A stretch of DNA of 63,972 nt, counting the filler, from Neolecta irregularis DAH-3 (lineage: Eukaryota), in the NCBI GenBank assembly GCA_001929475.1. It is 4 parts of 4 records of this genome, joined end to end, with 100 filler letters (N's around TTAATTAATTAA, not from the genome) between each part and the next. Parts side by side here need not be neighbours in the genome. Positions count along the whole stretch, not along the records: positions 30,549 to 61,702 come from LXFE01003117.1; positions 61,803 to 63,972 come from LXFE01003150.1; 2 more parts are not named here. One strand, given 5' to 3'. How positions within the stretch are numbered: the stretch's first letter is position 1; every line of letters begins with the position of its first letter. Below the pieces are notes generated by a model. It saw only the letters and a program-made list of their open reading frames with translations, did not search any database and was not told where the DNA came from. A program made the translations under genes and the position numbers. This document shows, in pieces, positions 52,640 to 63,972 of this stretch.

Positions 52640-53422
52640 ATGTCTCTACTTCGAACCGCCCAACGAGGTATACTCGGTCGAACAACTTTTCACTCTCATG
52701 CACATCCTGTTTTGGAGAGATATACCCCAACTCAGCTTGAAATTTTTAGTTCTGCAATGAAACAAGTACCCAAACATGGCTTCGTCTCTCAAACAATCAG
52801 CTTGGGAGCCCGAGATGCAGGATATCTCGAAGCTTCTCATGTTCTATTTCCGAGAGGCGGGTGGTCCTTGGTTGAATATTATCTGGTCACAGAACGATTA
52901 CGATTGTCGAGTTTGAAAAAAACAATCGAGACCGAAGAGGTTGGGACCTCAAACAAGATCCGACGTTTAATCAAAGAACGGCTAGAACGCAATAAAGACA
53001 TAATTGATCGTTGGCCAGAAGTATGATCAGATTTAATTCTCGCTGATTCTTGTTAGGCCCTGGCTGTTATGGCAATGCCATCAAACCTCTCAGACTCACT
53101 CGCTGAATTAGCCCGGTTGTCCGATGATTTGTGGCATATTGCTGGAGATACCAGTGCCGATATGAGCTGGTACTCGAAAAGAGCATCTCTATGCGCAGTA
53201 TATGCCAGTACAGGTTTATCATATATGTCTAGGTATAATTATTAATGTATAGAATTATTTATGACCCAAGATAAATCACCCGAATTCGTAGATACCTGGA
53301 AATTCCTTGATCGACGGCTAGAGAATGTTCAAAATATCGGCAGGGCATTCAGTGAGGCATCGATATTCTTGGGGTTCAACGCTCGAAGTGCATTCAATGT
53401 ATGGAAGTCTTTTCGACCTTGA
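52640..53422 (+). CDS. COQ9: Ubiquinone biosynthesis protein Coq9
   Basis: VPKHGF, WPEALAVM..PSN, L.DDLW..AGDTS.DMSWYSKRASL, ELFMTQDKSP.F.DTW.FLDRR. Confidence 0.92.
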
Positions 53423-53466
53423 TATCCTAGACAAGTAGAAAATGATATACAATGCCAACGCCGTAA

Positions 53467-54825
53467 CTACTTCCTCTTTTTTGCTCGAATAGATCCTTCA
53501 AATCCAGGCCGTTTCTTCTTGCTGCCTTTTGTCTTTTTTAAGTCTTTTCTAGCTTGGATATTAGTTTCTCGTTTTTTCTGTTTCTGTTCCTTCTTATGTC
53601 GAACACTCTCAATCCGTTCACTCCTAGCGGGTCAACTTTCAAACTAAAACAAATTTGCACCATTCTTTCTCGGATTTCTTTTTCTGCTTCTCTTGTCTTT
53701 TGATGGCCTTCTTGAGCAACTTTTCATCATCCCTGACTTTTTCGCCCCGAACTTGAAGAAGAGCTTTATGCCATGAATCCGACTGTTCAATGTGCGATCG
53801 CTACGTTGTTTAGAGGGTTTTCCAGAAAAACTGAGATCACCTTGACATCATCCATTCCCTGCAATCTCAGTTTTTTTGTTTCAGCATGCTTCAAGGCTCC
53901 AGCTACATCTATAGCCTTTCTCTTTTTCAATTTTTTAAACCCTCCAGAAACCACATCAAATTCTTCATCATTACCAAAGGTAACTCTGCTGAATGCTAGC
54001 CCACCGTTAAGTGAAGTCTGACTTGGCTCTGTAACTTCAGGTTCATCTTTGATTTCACTTTCCCTGTCCTTGACGGTCTTTGTGGTCATCAATTTTTCTC
54101 GCCTAGCCTCTTTCTTTTTTCGCCTAGCTTCCAAAATTGCGTCTCTGTTTTTAGGAGCGCCGTCAACGCCAGAACCCGGTGCTTTGCGATTTGCGCGAAG
54201 TTCTTTGATCCGAGAATGAAGTTTTGCCTTCAATTCGCTGATTGTTGAACATGATTGTTTTGAGATTTTATCGTCTGTTTGTTTCTCGGGGGATACGTTA
54301 GGTGACGTTTCGGGTGATTCTTTTTCCAAAGTCAGATCTTCAAAGTTATCTGATGAGCTGATCCCATTCTGTCCATCAGAAGATACAAATTTTTGAGCAG
54401 TCTCCTCAGGAAACTTGGCCTTGGGCTTCTGCTTTGGTTTCTTACCCTCGATTTTGGGCTTTTTTGATGCTTTTTGGGTAGTTGTGGGTTCGGGTTCGGG
54501 TTCAGACTTGTGCTGTTGCTGAGCTCGTAGCGCTTTTTCATTTTGAATATCAGCAGCTGTTCGCGAAGAATCTGGATCCAGCTTTGCCCTTTTCGCCCTT
54601 TTCGCCTCGTCTTTGGTCTGTTTCTTCTTGTTCCATTGTGTCTAGTCAACTTAGAATGATGGCGAATTAAATGAAATGTACACTTGATTCTTCGTGGTGA
54701 TAAAGTTTTCCCGGAATCAGTGCTAGTAGAGACTCAAACGCATTATTATGAGACTTGAGCCGTTCCTAACTATCAGTTGACATCAGTATATATGTACAAA
54801 CCAAAAGAGAATTTTCGCCCTCCAT
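53467..54825 (-). CDS. RRP14: Rrp14/SURF6 ribosome biogenesis protein
   Basis: RL..H.NAFESLL.LIP, AKLDP, W.KAL...GEKVRDDEKLLKKAIKR, SEKEWSER, RPGFEG. Confidence 0.9.
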
Positions 54826-55594
54826 GGCAAAATTACGGTGGGAAGTAAATTTTAGCGGAGTGCTGATCTTTGCATCCATCTAAAACCACCGACGTATAAG
54901 TAGAGCCTCGTATCTCGACCATATGTCACATACGTAAGAATCTGGGGATCGTCGTCAGTTCTAACGATGATTTTGCAGGATTGTACTTATCCAGAAATCT
55001 GCGGTTTGTATCTTGGGTATATCGGTGCTTTAAACTTACAGCGAAACAGGATGACAGAACAAAGTCCTGGCAAGAGTATAGCACTCTGAAGATAGCGATT
55101 GAAGGTATTTTTCATCTTGTTTTAAATTTCCTGATAAAAGATATATTTGATATATTCCATAGAAGCGTTGGTAGGTTGTTACTATAAGTTATTTGACATA
55201 AAGCGAATGTAAAGCAAGGAGGCCCACCATTATCTACATCTTGGATTCAGTTTGAAGAATTTATAGATCGACTTTTTGATTTAGTCATGTTAATCTGGGA
55301 TCCAAATCTTGACTCTTATGGTTCTAGTTCTCAAACACTGATGCTTACGTTTAGTTCCTCGAGATATAACTTGGGTCAAAAAACGGTTTCGTAATCAATG
55401 GGATCAAAGGTATTCAAATGGGAAACAAGCGGAATCGCTTCTTTAGACTTTGCGAAATCCGATGAGTTTTACAGAGTTCAGAACCCAGGAACTGAGGAAT
55501 CCAATGAGTATCATGGTTCGGAGGAGATCAATTCAACATGTTTTTATTTTGATATATCTGACCACTCGATGCAATCTTGAAATCATCGTGGCTG

Positions 55595-56486
55595 TCAGAC
55601 TGAGGCGTCGGTCAAAGCAACATATTGAACTCTGAACAATTTCTTCTCAGTAACCTCTCCCTTTTCATCTTTAGTCACCTAGTGAGTCAGCTTAATATTT
55701 GAAAACGGCTTTATTGCTTCATATATGCTTTGATCGAATGTCCCAACGGGTATAAACATTTTTCCTGGAGTTTTCAACTGCTCAATTAAAGCTTTGGGAA
55801 TAACAGGAGCAGCAGCCCCTACATGTATAGCATCATATGGTGCTGCCCGTCAGCTTGTCCATCAATCGTTGATACCTTCAGCCTGATAGCCCTGTCGTCC
55901 GTCCCCCGTTATGAGTTTAATTGTTCCATCTTCCAACCACTGGGCATGCTGAGAATCTTTCTTCAGATTTTCACTCGCAAGTTTCGTAAGCTCGGGTAGA
56001 TGGTCGATTCCGATAACGATTCCGTGGGGTTTAACCTTTACCATCAGGCTTACTTGAGATCAAATGGTTTGTACGAGCTGAGCAAAGACCGCACATAGAT
56101 ACCCACTGCCACTATTCCTCGTTAGTCGCGAATCTGGTGTAGCTTACCATCCAACATCTAGAACTTTGCAACCTGGTTTTAGGTGGTCACGCAGTAAATC
56201 GGCTGCGCTTGCATGAACATGAGGTGCGCTTACTAAAATGACTTATCAGATCACTTTACTATATACTCGGCATTACTCGTGGCACCGTGGCCTATTCTTT
56301 GCAATCAGCATGATAAGTTGATCCGCCTTACGACTGAGGTGAGTCCTTGTATGGAGAGGACGGAGCAAAATGAGCTCTATCGACAGCCAGAAACGACTCA
56401 TATGTACGTTTATCGTTAATTATCTTTGAGTCGTAAAGATTTTTAATTAATTCTCTATTTGAGCTTCCTGAGCACCGCCAGGCCAT
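55595..56486 (-). CDS. PCM1: Protein-L-isoaspartate O-methyltransferase
   Basis: [58 protein letters not shown]. Confidence 0.93.
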
Positions 56487-56693
56487 GTTTGCGAATCTTG
56501 TAACGAAGCTTGATATTGGCAGTGTGGTTCGGTGACGTCAATGGTGGTAATCTACAATACTCTTATACTGACAAACCGATTGCCTCTGAAAATTGTGTAT
56601 TACTAGTAGGAAGATGATGACAAGAACAAGATATAAATTGCGGACCAAAATAACTCCTCCGTATATAGAAAACCAATGTCTCTGCGAACCGGT

Positions 56694-57724
56694 CTAGACG
56701 GCATTTTCCCCCTCACCTTCAGCAATGACAGCCAGCGAAACACCAGGGAGTGTAGGGATCTGTCTTACAACCTGTTCCATCTTCCTAGCTCGAAGGTATT
56801 CACTCAAGGATCTGATCAAAATGAACCATCCTGCAATCATGAGCAGGTAGGACAACCACTCGCTCCCGCTGTTGTCTTTAATGGTAGTGACATCGTCATT
56901 CCCGGCAAAGTCAAATGCATCTGGTTCACCTTCAGGCAGAGTGCCATCGGTAGCTGCCCGCATATAATAGCCATATTGAACCAGCGTGATTCCTAATCCT
57001 GCCTTTGATCCATTTTTAGCAGCTGCCGCAAGTCAGCGATGCTGGGGGAAAGAGATGAAATACCATGTGTAGTGTGTAGTAAATAGGTCAGTAAGAATCC
57101 TATAAACTGAAAGCTCAAGGATACTAGATGCAGATGAGCGATGGACAGCAAGGTTGCGCATACTCAACATGTTCCAGACAAATCCAAAGAAATTCCCCAC
57201 CGGCAGTCCTTCGACGTATACTTCATCTGACGACATGCCTGGTGCAATTATTGTTGTCTCCCAATATGGAGGAGTTGAATCCGCAGCAGCTTGTTCGTAC
57301 GACTGACATGTCAGAAAGTAGTCCAGATGATCATACCGGAGGTTGCTCATCTGCTTTCTCCCCATTTACATCGGGCTTCGCAGTCAGGTTGGAGAAGACG
57401 CCGTCATTTGATCGGGGAATGGGCATAGCAGTTCCTTGCGCTCGTTGTGGCGGGGGTACTAAAGGCTGACGTTCCGGATGATGATTTGATCCATCTGCAT
57501 CCTGTAGGCCGCCCTCATCTTCCAACTCTCCGAAAGAGGCCACAAGCGCAGGGTCCTGCTCTAACGAACCGCTTCGCGATGAAGAAAATGACGCGGAAGA
57601 GTTATGACGATTAGATGCGACGGTAAATCCTGGGTTAGGGGAGGATGCCACGGAATCGTATTGTAGAATCTAAGCAGATAAGACCCGGATGCAACAAGCT
57701 CCTTACTTTTTTGTATGTAGTCAT
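56694..57724 (-). CDS. BSD2: Bsd2/NDFIP metal-homeostasis Rsp5 adaptor
   Basis: NDGVFSNLTAKP, PPSYEQAAADSTPPYWETTI, GLPVG, FQFIGFLLTYLLHTTHAAKNGSKAG.G. Confidence 0.9.
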
Positions 57725-58002
57725 ATTGAAGGAGCGGTGGATTATCAGGGTATGAAACAAGAGTGTAGAGGTTGGGAATTTTAGGCAACACTGCCCGTTT
57801 GAAATGCCATCCGAATGCAGAAAGCCACCCCGGCTTCTTCCTTCACAGACATCGTACCCGGCAGTTCAAAAGCATAAACAGAATTTGATATACCATCGAC
57901 ATATGAATACAACTGGGAAGATATTTTGGTTTGTAGTTTAAAATTTATTCATTGATTACATGCGAAGAGGGATTCGGATGATAAATATCATGACCGCGCG
58001 GG

Positions 58003-59464
58003 TTACAGCTCGTCATGCTGCCCCGGAGTTTTTTCTGCTGTTGGTTCTTCGGCAGTGACTGAAATATCTTCTTTTGCAACTGCCTCTTGGACAGGTTCGG
58101 TAGAGTCACCTTTACTCCATCCTGAGAATTTTTCCATGTCAATTTTATCCCGCTTTCCATCGCCATTCTTTGTTGCCAAAATGAAATCTTGCAGAGCGTC
58201 TTTATCAAAGTCTCCCTGGAACTTTTGAACCCATCCTCTCCGACCGTTGAGGGCAACCATTGCTGGAAGTTTAGCCTCAAAGTTTAGTACTTTGAGAATT
58301 TTTTCGCTTAGGGAACCTGAAGACCAGAAGAACTGAAAGTTTTTGACGTTGAGTTTGTGTGCAAGCGTTACGGTGCTGTCAAGAGTGTGAATCCATTCAT
58401 CCTGCGAGTCTGAATAGGAGGGAAGAAACGCGATTGCACAAATTGCCTTTGAAGATTTCGCCAAACACAGTGATTCGAATATATCGGACGTCAGATGATT
58501 AACTTGTGATTTGGGTGCTTATCGTTAGATTGATATACTGTGGAATTGTACAGTCGACCTCGGTTTTGGATTTACCAAAGGTCTCTTGATCTGAAGTTTG
58601 CTCCGAGGTTATGAAGCGATTCACGAATTTATTCAAAGCAGGAGCTTTAATCTCGTCACCTAAGATTCAGAATTAATAAATGACGCTGTCTCACTTTCAT
58701 AAATGACTATTGGCGAATCACCACCAGGTAGGACAAATATTGTCGGAAAAGTAGTAATCCCAAAGAGTTCAAGAACTGATTTTTGATTATCGCGGACCTG
58801 AAAAACGATGGCCTTGTCCTTGAAATTCAATGCAAGGCTTTTCCAGAGAGCAGAGGTGGCTGCCTTTTGTGTAAATAATCCGACTTTAGCCGTTTCGTTC
58901 TGAAGAATGAGTCCGAGATGCTCGATCCATCACCTTGTCAGACAGAAACTGCTCCAGGTTTTTGTCTGTGACTTTTTTGACCATGTTTGGAATTTGCTCG
59001 ACTGCATAATCCGCGATTGCCTTGGCCGTTCGTTGACCCTGGTAATCTTTTTTATAAACTATACCAGAAGTTGCTCAGGGACTCGTACCTTCTTGGACCT
59101 TTCCATGCTTGAACAATTTGATAGTTGGAAATCCCTGGACCTCGTGTTCACCACAAATGGGCTTGTTGTCCTCTTCATCGCAGTCGATAGCCGCAATCTT
59201 GACCATTCCCTTTAAATTTTCCGCAACTTTTCCATACGGGACTAGAGTAAAAGACATTTTGACACAAATTGGGCGGTTTCTACCTGCCAACTGTTTACAA
59301 TGGCCACACCAAGGGGCGAAGAACTCGACCAGTGCGACCGGCTCTTTCTCGAGCAAGTTGTGAAAGTTGCGGTGGTCGAGAATTTGGACGGGCCCCGATT
59401 TTTGATACAAGGCATATGTTAGAGGTACTGAGGCGACCAGGGATAGAATGAAAGCTATTTTCAT
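58003..59464 (-). CDS. MPD1: ER protein disulfide isomerase (Mpd1/PDIA6-like)
   Basis: Signal peptide, VEFFAPWCGHCK, VQGFPTIK, C-terminal HDEL. Confidence 0.85.
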
Positions 59465-59594
59465 TTTCTCACGAGTGGGGAAGGGTTAAGGATGTGGGTT
59501 TGCCCTTTTTAGCAAAACATTATTGTTGAAAGAGCTAAATGCTACAAACACAAAACAAGGCGCAATAAGAGATTATGTACAGATTTGTTATTGT

Positions 59595-60533
59595 TTATCG
59601 ACCCTGTTGAGATGGAGCAGGTGCTACGTGAGGTTGCATGCGTCGCTGTTCTCGTTGTATGCTCTGCGTTATATCATTGAACCAAGGATGCCGGAGAGCA
59701 TCTCGAGCACTGATTCGCAGTTGCGGTTGGAGTTGTAGCAATCTTCGAAGGAGATCAAGTCCAAATGGATCGACAGTGGGCAGAAACGACGACAGATCTT
59801 GGGCTTGATATAAAGGCCAGCTCGAACGGTATTCGGGATAATTGGAGACGCCAGGCCAGGTCAGTTCGGTAGGGGTGCCCATAAGGCGGAATATTTTCAC
59901 GAGTTGATCTTCATTAGTGGTTCCAGGAAAGAGCGGTCGCCCGGTAAACATCTCGGCCATTATACATCCTGCGCTCCAAACATCGATCGAGGTTGAGTAA
60001 GTCCTTGAGCCAAGGAGAACATCTGGGGCTCGGTACCACAGTGTAACAACTTCGTTTGAAAAAGTGTTTACTGGAATTCCAAACGCGCGTGCCAGGCCGA
60101 AATCAGCGAGCTTCAACTGTCCGCGTCGATTGATCAAGAGATTTTGAGGCTTCAAGTCCCTGTGAAGGACCCTGTTTTCGTGACAAAAGGCAATACCGCG
60201 GAGGAGCTGGAATGTGAATGATTTGATTGTGGGTAAATCGAGGGCTCCCCGGTTTCCATGCGTGTCCATGTACTTTTTCAAATCCTTGTCCATAAACTCG
60301 AATACAAGCATCAATTTGTTTTCTGTATGCACAACATCATATAGCGAGACGATGTTTTCATGTTTGAGCTCTTTCATCAACGAAATTTCGCGAATGGCAG
60401 TAGACGGCGTGCCTTCTTCGGAATCGAGGTGAATCTCTTTCAACGCGACAATTTCGCCGGTGACGCTTTTGCCTTTGTATACGGTTGCATATGTACCTTC
60501 ACCGAGCTTTTCGAGCTGTTGAAAGTGGGTCAT
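59595..60533 (-). CDS. PHO85: Cyclin-dependent kinase Pho85/Pef1
   Basis: [58 protein letters not shown]. Confidence 0.95.
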   Translation of the reverse strand: MTHFQQLEKLGEGTYATVYKGKSVTGEIVALKEIHLDSEEGTPSTAIREISLMKELKHENIVSLYDVVHTENKLMLVFEFMDKDLKKYMDTHGNRGALDLPTIKSFTFQLLRGIAFCHENRVLHRDLKPQNLLINRRGQLKLADFGLARAFGIPVNTFSNEVVTLWYRAPDVLLGSRTYSTSIDVWSAGCIMAEMFTGRPLFPGTTNEDQLVKIFRLMGTPTELTWPGVSNYPEYRSSWPLYQAQDLSSFLPTVDPFGLDLLRRLLQLQPQLRISARDALRHPWFNDITQSIQREQRRMQPHVAPAPSQQGR

Positions 60534-60724
60534 GGTCAGGCGACCTGCATATCAGTGCGTTTTCAAGGGTGCAGCGTACAGGGATAGGAAGGCTGTGAGT
60601 TTGAAAAGACAGCAACCGTACCTACAAAAAAACAGATATAAAGCAGACGAATGAAACGAAAAAGGTGGTCAACCAATCTGGAGGCGACAGCCAAACAGGA
60701 ACCCAACCTCATCAAATACTAACA

Positions 60725-61564
60725 ATGAAATTGGACATACCAGACGAACTAGGACGCATTTCGCAATACCTTCAACGCTCAAACGAAACAGCACAACATG
60801 ATCAAATAATATCTTACTACTGTAAATATCGGGCAGCACAACTAGCTATGGCCGCACAACACCGATCGCCCGCAGCCAATTCGTATTTATCAAAGCTGCT
60901 TGACGATCTTGAAAATGCAAGGGTGCCTCGGTAACCAGTATTAACGGAAATCAGTTTAAAAAGGAACTGAATGACCAAGATGCGATAAAAGACGATATAG
61001 TGGGTCAAGCTTATGTAGAGAATTTCGCATTATCCATATTCAGTAAAGCAGATCGCGAAGAACGGGGAGCAAGAGCTACCAGGTATCTCATCGCAAACTG
61101 TTGATTTACGTTAGAAATACTTCTCAGACGTTTCTAGCCGCAGCCACGTTTCTGGAAGTTTGTCGTGTATTCGGAGATTTAGAATCCGAGGTGATCGGTC
61201 TTTGCTGATGCGATTTGTGATATCTTAGATCTCGGAAAAGATAAAATATGCAAAATATCAGGCGGCGAGGATATTGAAGGCCGTCAAAGCAGGCCTAGAT
61301 CCCAACGAGGAACGTCGGGCCGACTCACATGTGAATGATGAAATTCAATCTTCCGTGGCCGAGAAGGCGTTTTCACCTGTCACGACGCGGCAGGAAACTC
61401 CAAATGAAGACTTTATCAAGCCGGAAAAAGAGTTCAATATTGAAAAGTTCAATATTGAAAAAGCTCAAAAACACGCACGATGGGCGATAAGTGCATTGAA
61501 CTATGAGGACATGTCAACAGCAATAGAAGAACTACAAAAGGCATTAAGGGAATTAGGTGCATGA
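60725..61564 (+). CDS. VTA1: Vta1/LIP5 ESCRT Vps4 cofactor
   Basis: ISYYC, LLD.LE, YVENFAL.IF.KAD, KIKYAKY, AQKHARWAISALNYED. Confidence 0.92.
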
Positions 61565-61702
61565 AGCAATATTAATACCGATGAGGACATGTCAACAGCA
61601 ATAGAGAACTACAAAAGCATTAAGGGAACTAGTTGCATGAAGCAATATTAATACCGATGAGGACATGTCAACAGCAATAGAGAACTACAAAAGGCATTAA
61701 GG
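61503..61702 (+). repeat. About 77-bp tandem repeat (2.6 copies) of the VTA1 3' end at a contig end
   Basis: atgaggacatgtcaacagcaatag... at 61503, 61581 and 61658 with small indels; probably an assembly artefact. Confidence 0.8.
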
Positions 61703-61802
61703 NNNNNNNNNNNNNNNNNNNNNNNNNNNNNNNNNNNNNNNNNNNNTTAATTAATTAANNNNNNNNNNNNNNNNNNNNNNNNNNNNNNNNNNNNNNNNNN
61801 NN
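61703..61802. other. Artificial scaffold-concatenation linker
   Basis: N-TTAATTAATTAA-N, 100 nt. Confidence 0.97.
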
Positions 61803-61920
61803 TAGAGTTAATTGATTGTTGATTAAAAGTATTGAGTGTTGAAAACAAAGAATCCATACCACAACGCCCAAAGCGGTTAGAGGAAGAAGGTTCGGGAATA
61901 GCTAGAACCTTCCAGCATAA

Positions 61921-63972
61921 TGTAGGCCTCTAATTAGCAGCCTTGTATTGTATATATATTAGATAGAGCTGACCACCAGCTCCTTGTCTTAGTACAAGCA
62001 TAGCTGANNNNNNNNNNACTTGTATTGTATATATATTAGATAGAGCTGACCACCAGCTCCTTGTCTTAGTACAAGCATAGCTGATGGTCAGGTAATAGAT
62101 GGTCCTAGTACAAGTGTAGCTGACGGTCAGGCATCACCAACCGTCCATAAGATACAGCAGTATCTTACATTTGGAGGTCCTCCTGTGTGGAGATCCAGCA
62201 CGCACAGCTAAGACATATGGATTCTAAAACATTCGCATGAATCATGGAGCAGGTTTCTGCTGCCATCGGTACATCAGTGGCCTCGGCAATAGACCAGGCC
62301 ATCACAAGAACTCAAGAATCAGCAGCAGCAAATGCAGCTGCATTAGAAAACCACTTCACAGCAACAGTCGCACAAGCAGTCACAGAGGCTGCCAAAACGA
62401 CTGCATTAGCAGTACAAAGAGCTGCACAATTACCCAAATTCCAAAAGTTTTCTGGTAACGAAGACGTAAACGATTGGTGGTTCTCAGTTATTGAGATATC
62501 CCAAGGATACGAGTTTCAGGTAGGCGAGTTTAAAAGGTTGATCTTCGAGTCACTCGGAGGGTATGCAAAGGAATGGTGGCAGGACAATAAAGATTCCCTG
62601 GATACCGCCAGTTCCACCACTTGGATCTAGAGTTGTTCTGAGGGGAGTTCATACCCAAAGGATACCTATTTAAACAAAGAATCTCGTTCAACAACCTGAA
62701 GGTCCAAGGATCGATCACTGGCTTCATAACCAACTTCCAGTGACTGAAATTGAGAGTCGATTACCCAGAGTCAGTACTTGTCCAAGGATTCATTTGCACT
62801 TTCGCATCGGTACCAGCATACCAGGATAAATTAATTGATAAAAATCTGGCTACCATATTGGAAGCGATAACAATCGAGAGAGAATTCGAGCTCAAGAAAT
62901 CTATGATTAAAATGGGTAACAACATTGGAGGTGGGGGAGGATAAACCCCTATGGAAATTGACAGAATTAAGAAAAAGTTGTACTGCAAGTTTTGCAAGTC
63001 GGCTAATGGCCACACCAAACCTCGATGTAACAGATTCAAGAGGGGGAAGAACAAGTTTCGACAAAGTAATAATGTCAAGGCGGGAAAAGGCCAAGAGGGC
63101 GTGGATGGAGAAGCCACCCCCCCTCAGTAAATGAAAAAGTTAACAGAGTATTAGATAAAAATAAACCTGTTGCATCACTTAAAACTTCTCCCACACTTGA
63201 AATTGTGAACACCAGCATCTCAGGCACGGGCCTCATAGAATTCCCTGCAAGATTATCCAAAGGAAAAATTGAAGGGAAGGCCATAGCCTTGAAACATGAA
63301 CTTCGTTTCAAAAAATTACATTGAAAAACTCAGATTACAAGTCTGGAAAATGGGAAAATTGCTCAAAGTCGTAATGGTGGACAAAAATGAGGGTCAAGTC
63401 AAACCACAACCTCAGCAGCTGGTCGACCTTTGCATTCATCTACCTTTGGACCAAGGGGAAATAAGTTTTGAAGAAACCTTCGAGGTAACAAACCTTGGGG
63501 GGTATGACATACTCTTGGGGAAAAAATGGCATGAACTCTTTCAACCGAAAATCGATTACCACTCCAATTTATGCAACATAGCAGGGCACAACCTGATTAC
63601 CGACTCTGTGCATAATCAGGTTGAGACCTGTCATATTGCAGAAATTGTCGAGACAGATGAATTGATTCTGATATCAGTTAACAAAGCTAGTACAGACAAT
63701 GAGGAAACTCAGCAGTAGAAGGAGATACAAAAAGTCATCAAGGAATATAAAGATGTCTTCAACGAAAAATTCCCATTTCCACCACAGAGGGAAGAGGATC
63801 ACAAGATCACCCTAGTGGATCCACTGAGAAAACCCCATAATCAACCCTTGCCTCAACTATCAATAACTGAAGAAAATGCTATGAGAGAGGAGGTCAAGGG
63901 TCAAATCGCAGATTCATCCAACCAAGCTCATCACCCTATGGAGCAGTGTGCTTATTCGTAAAAAAGAAATCT
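61921..63972 (+). mobile_element. Degenerate Ty3/gypsy LTR retrotransposon (5' LTR ~61921-62169, PBS, gag, damaged protease, start of pol/RT)
   Basis: TGTAG...TTACA LTR, PBS TGGAGGTCCT, gag (FSG.EDVNDW, LGGYAKEWW, PMEID, CxxC...H...C knuckle), YDILLGKKW...PKID, KDVF...PP.R..DHKI.L, SSPYG...LFVKKK; several stops and frameshifts. Confidence 0.9.

Noticed and set aside
56533-56540. Perfect CRE palindrome TGACGTCA upstream of PCM1
   Set aside because: A single 8-mer is expected about once by chance in 64 kb and has no further support.
61503-61702. Tandem ~77-bp repeats resembling an array
   Set aside because: There are no unique spacers, so it is not CRISPR-like. The units copy the VTA1 3' end with homopolymer-type indels at a contig end, probably mis-assembled reads.

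Overview
Eukaryotic (fungal) genomic DNA with very compact gene spacing and tiny introns (mostly 32-50 nt). Histone H3 matches the fission-yeast type ([33 protein letters not shown]), so the source is inferred to be a Taphrinomycotina fungus, possibly Neolecta-like; this is not verified. The window is not contiguous: four scaffolds are joined by artificial 100-nt linkers (N-TTAATTAATTAA-N) at 9180, 30449 and 61703, and there are several 10-N gaps beside duplicated allelic fragments. About 40 mostly housekeeping genes can be reconstructed across introns, and the window ends in a degenerate Ty3/gypsy LTR retrotransposon. Points worth a second look: (1) a MoaA-MoaC (MOCS1-like) locus where competing 5' splice donors around the GG-stop give either stand-alone MoaA or an in-frame MoaA-MoaC fusion; (2) relaxed splice signals, with many GC donors, several GAG acceptors and one possible GG donor; (3) a dolichol kinase gene with an in-frame TAG exactly at a conserved Trp; (4) a scaffold whose end overlaps its own start; (5) sharp GC-rich islands at contig breaks. 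Exon boundaries were inferred by eye and are approximate.
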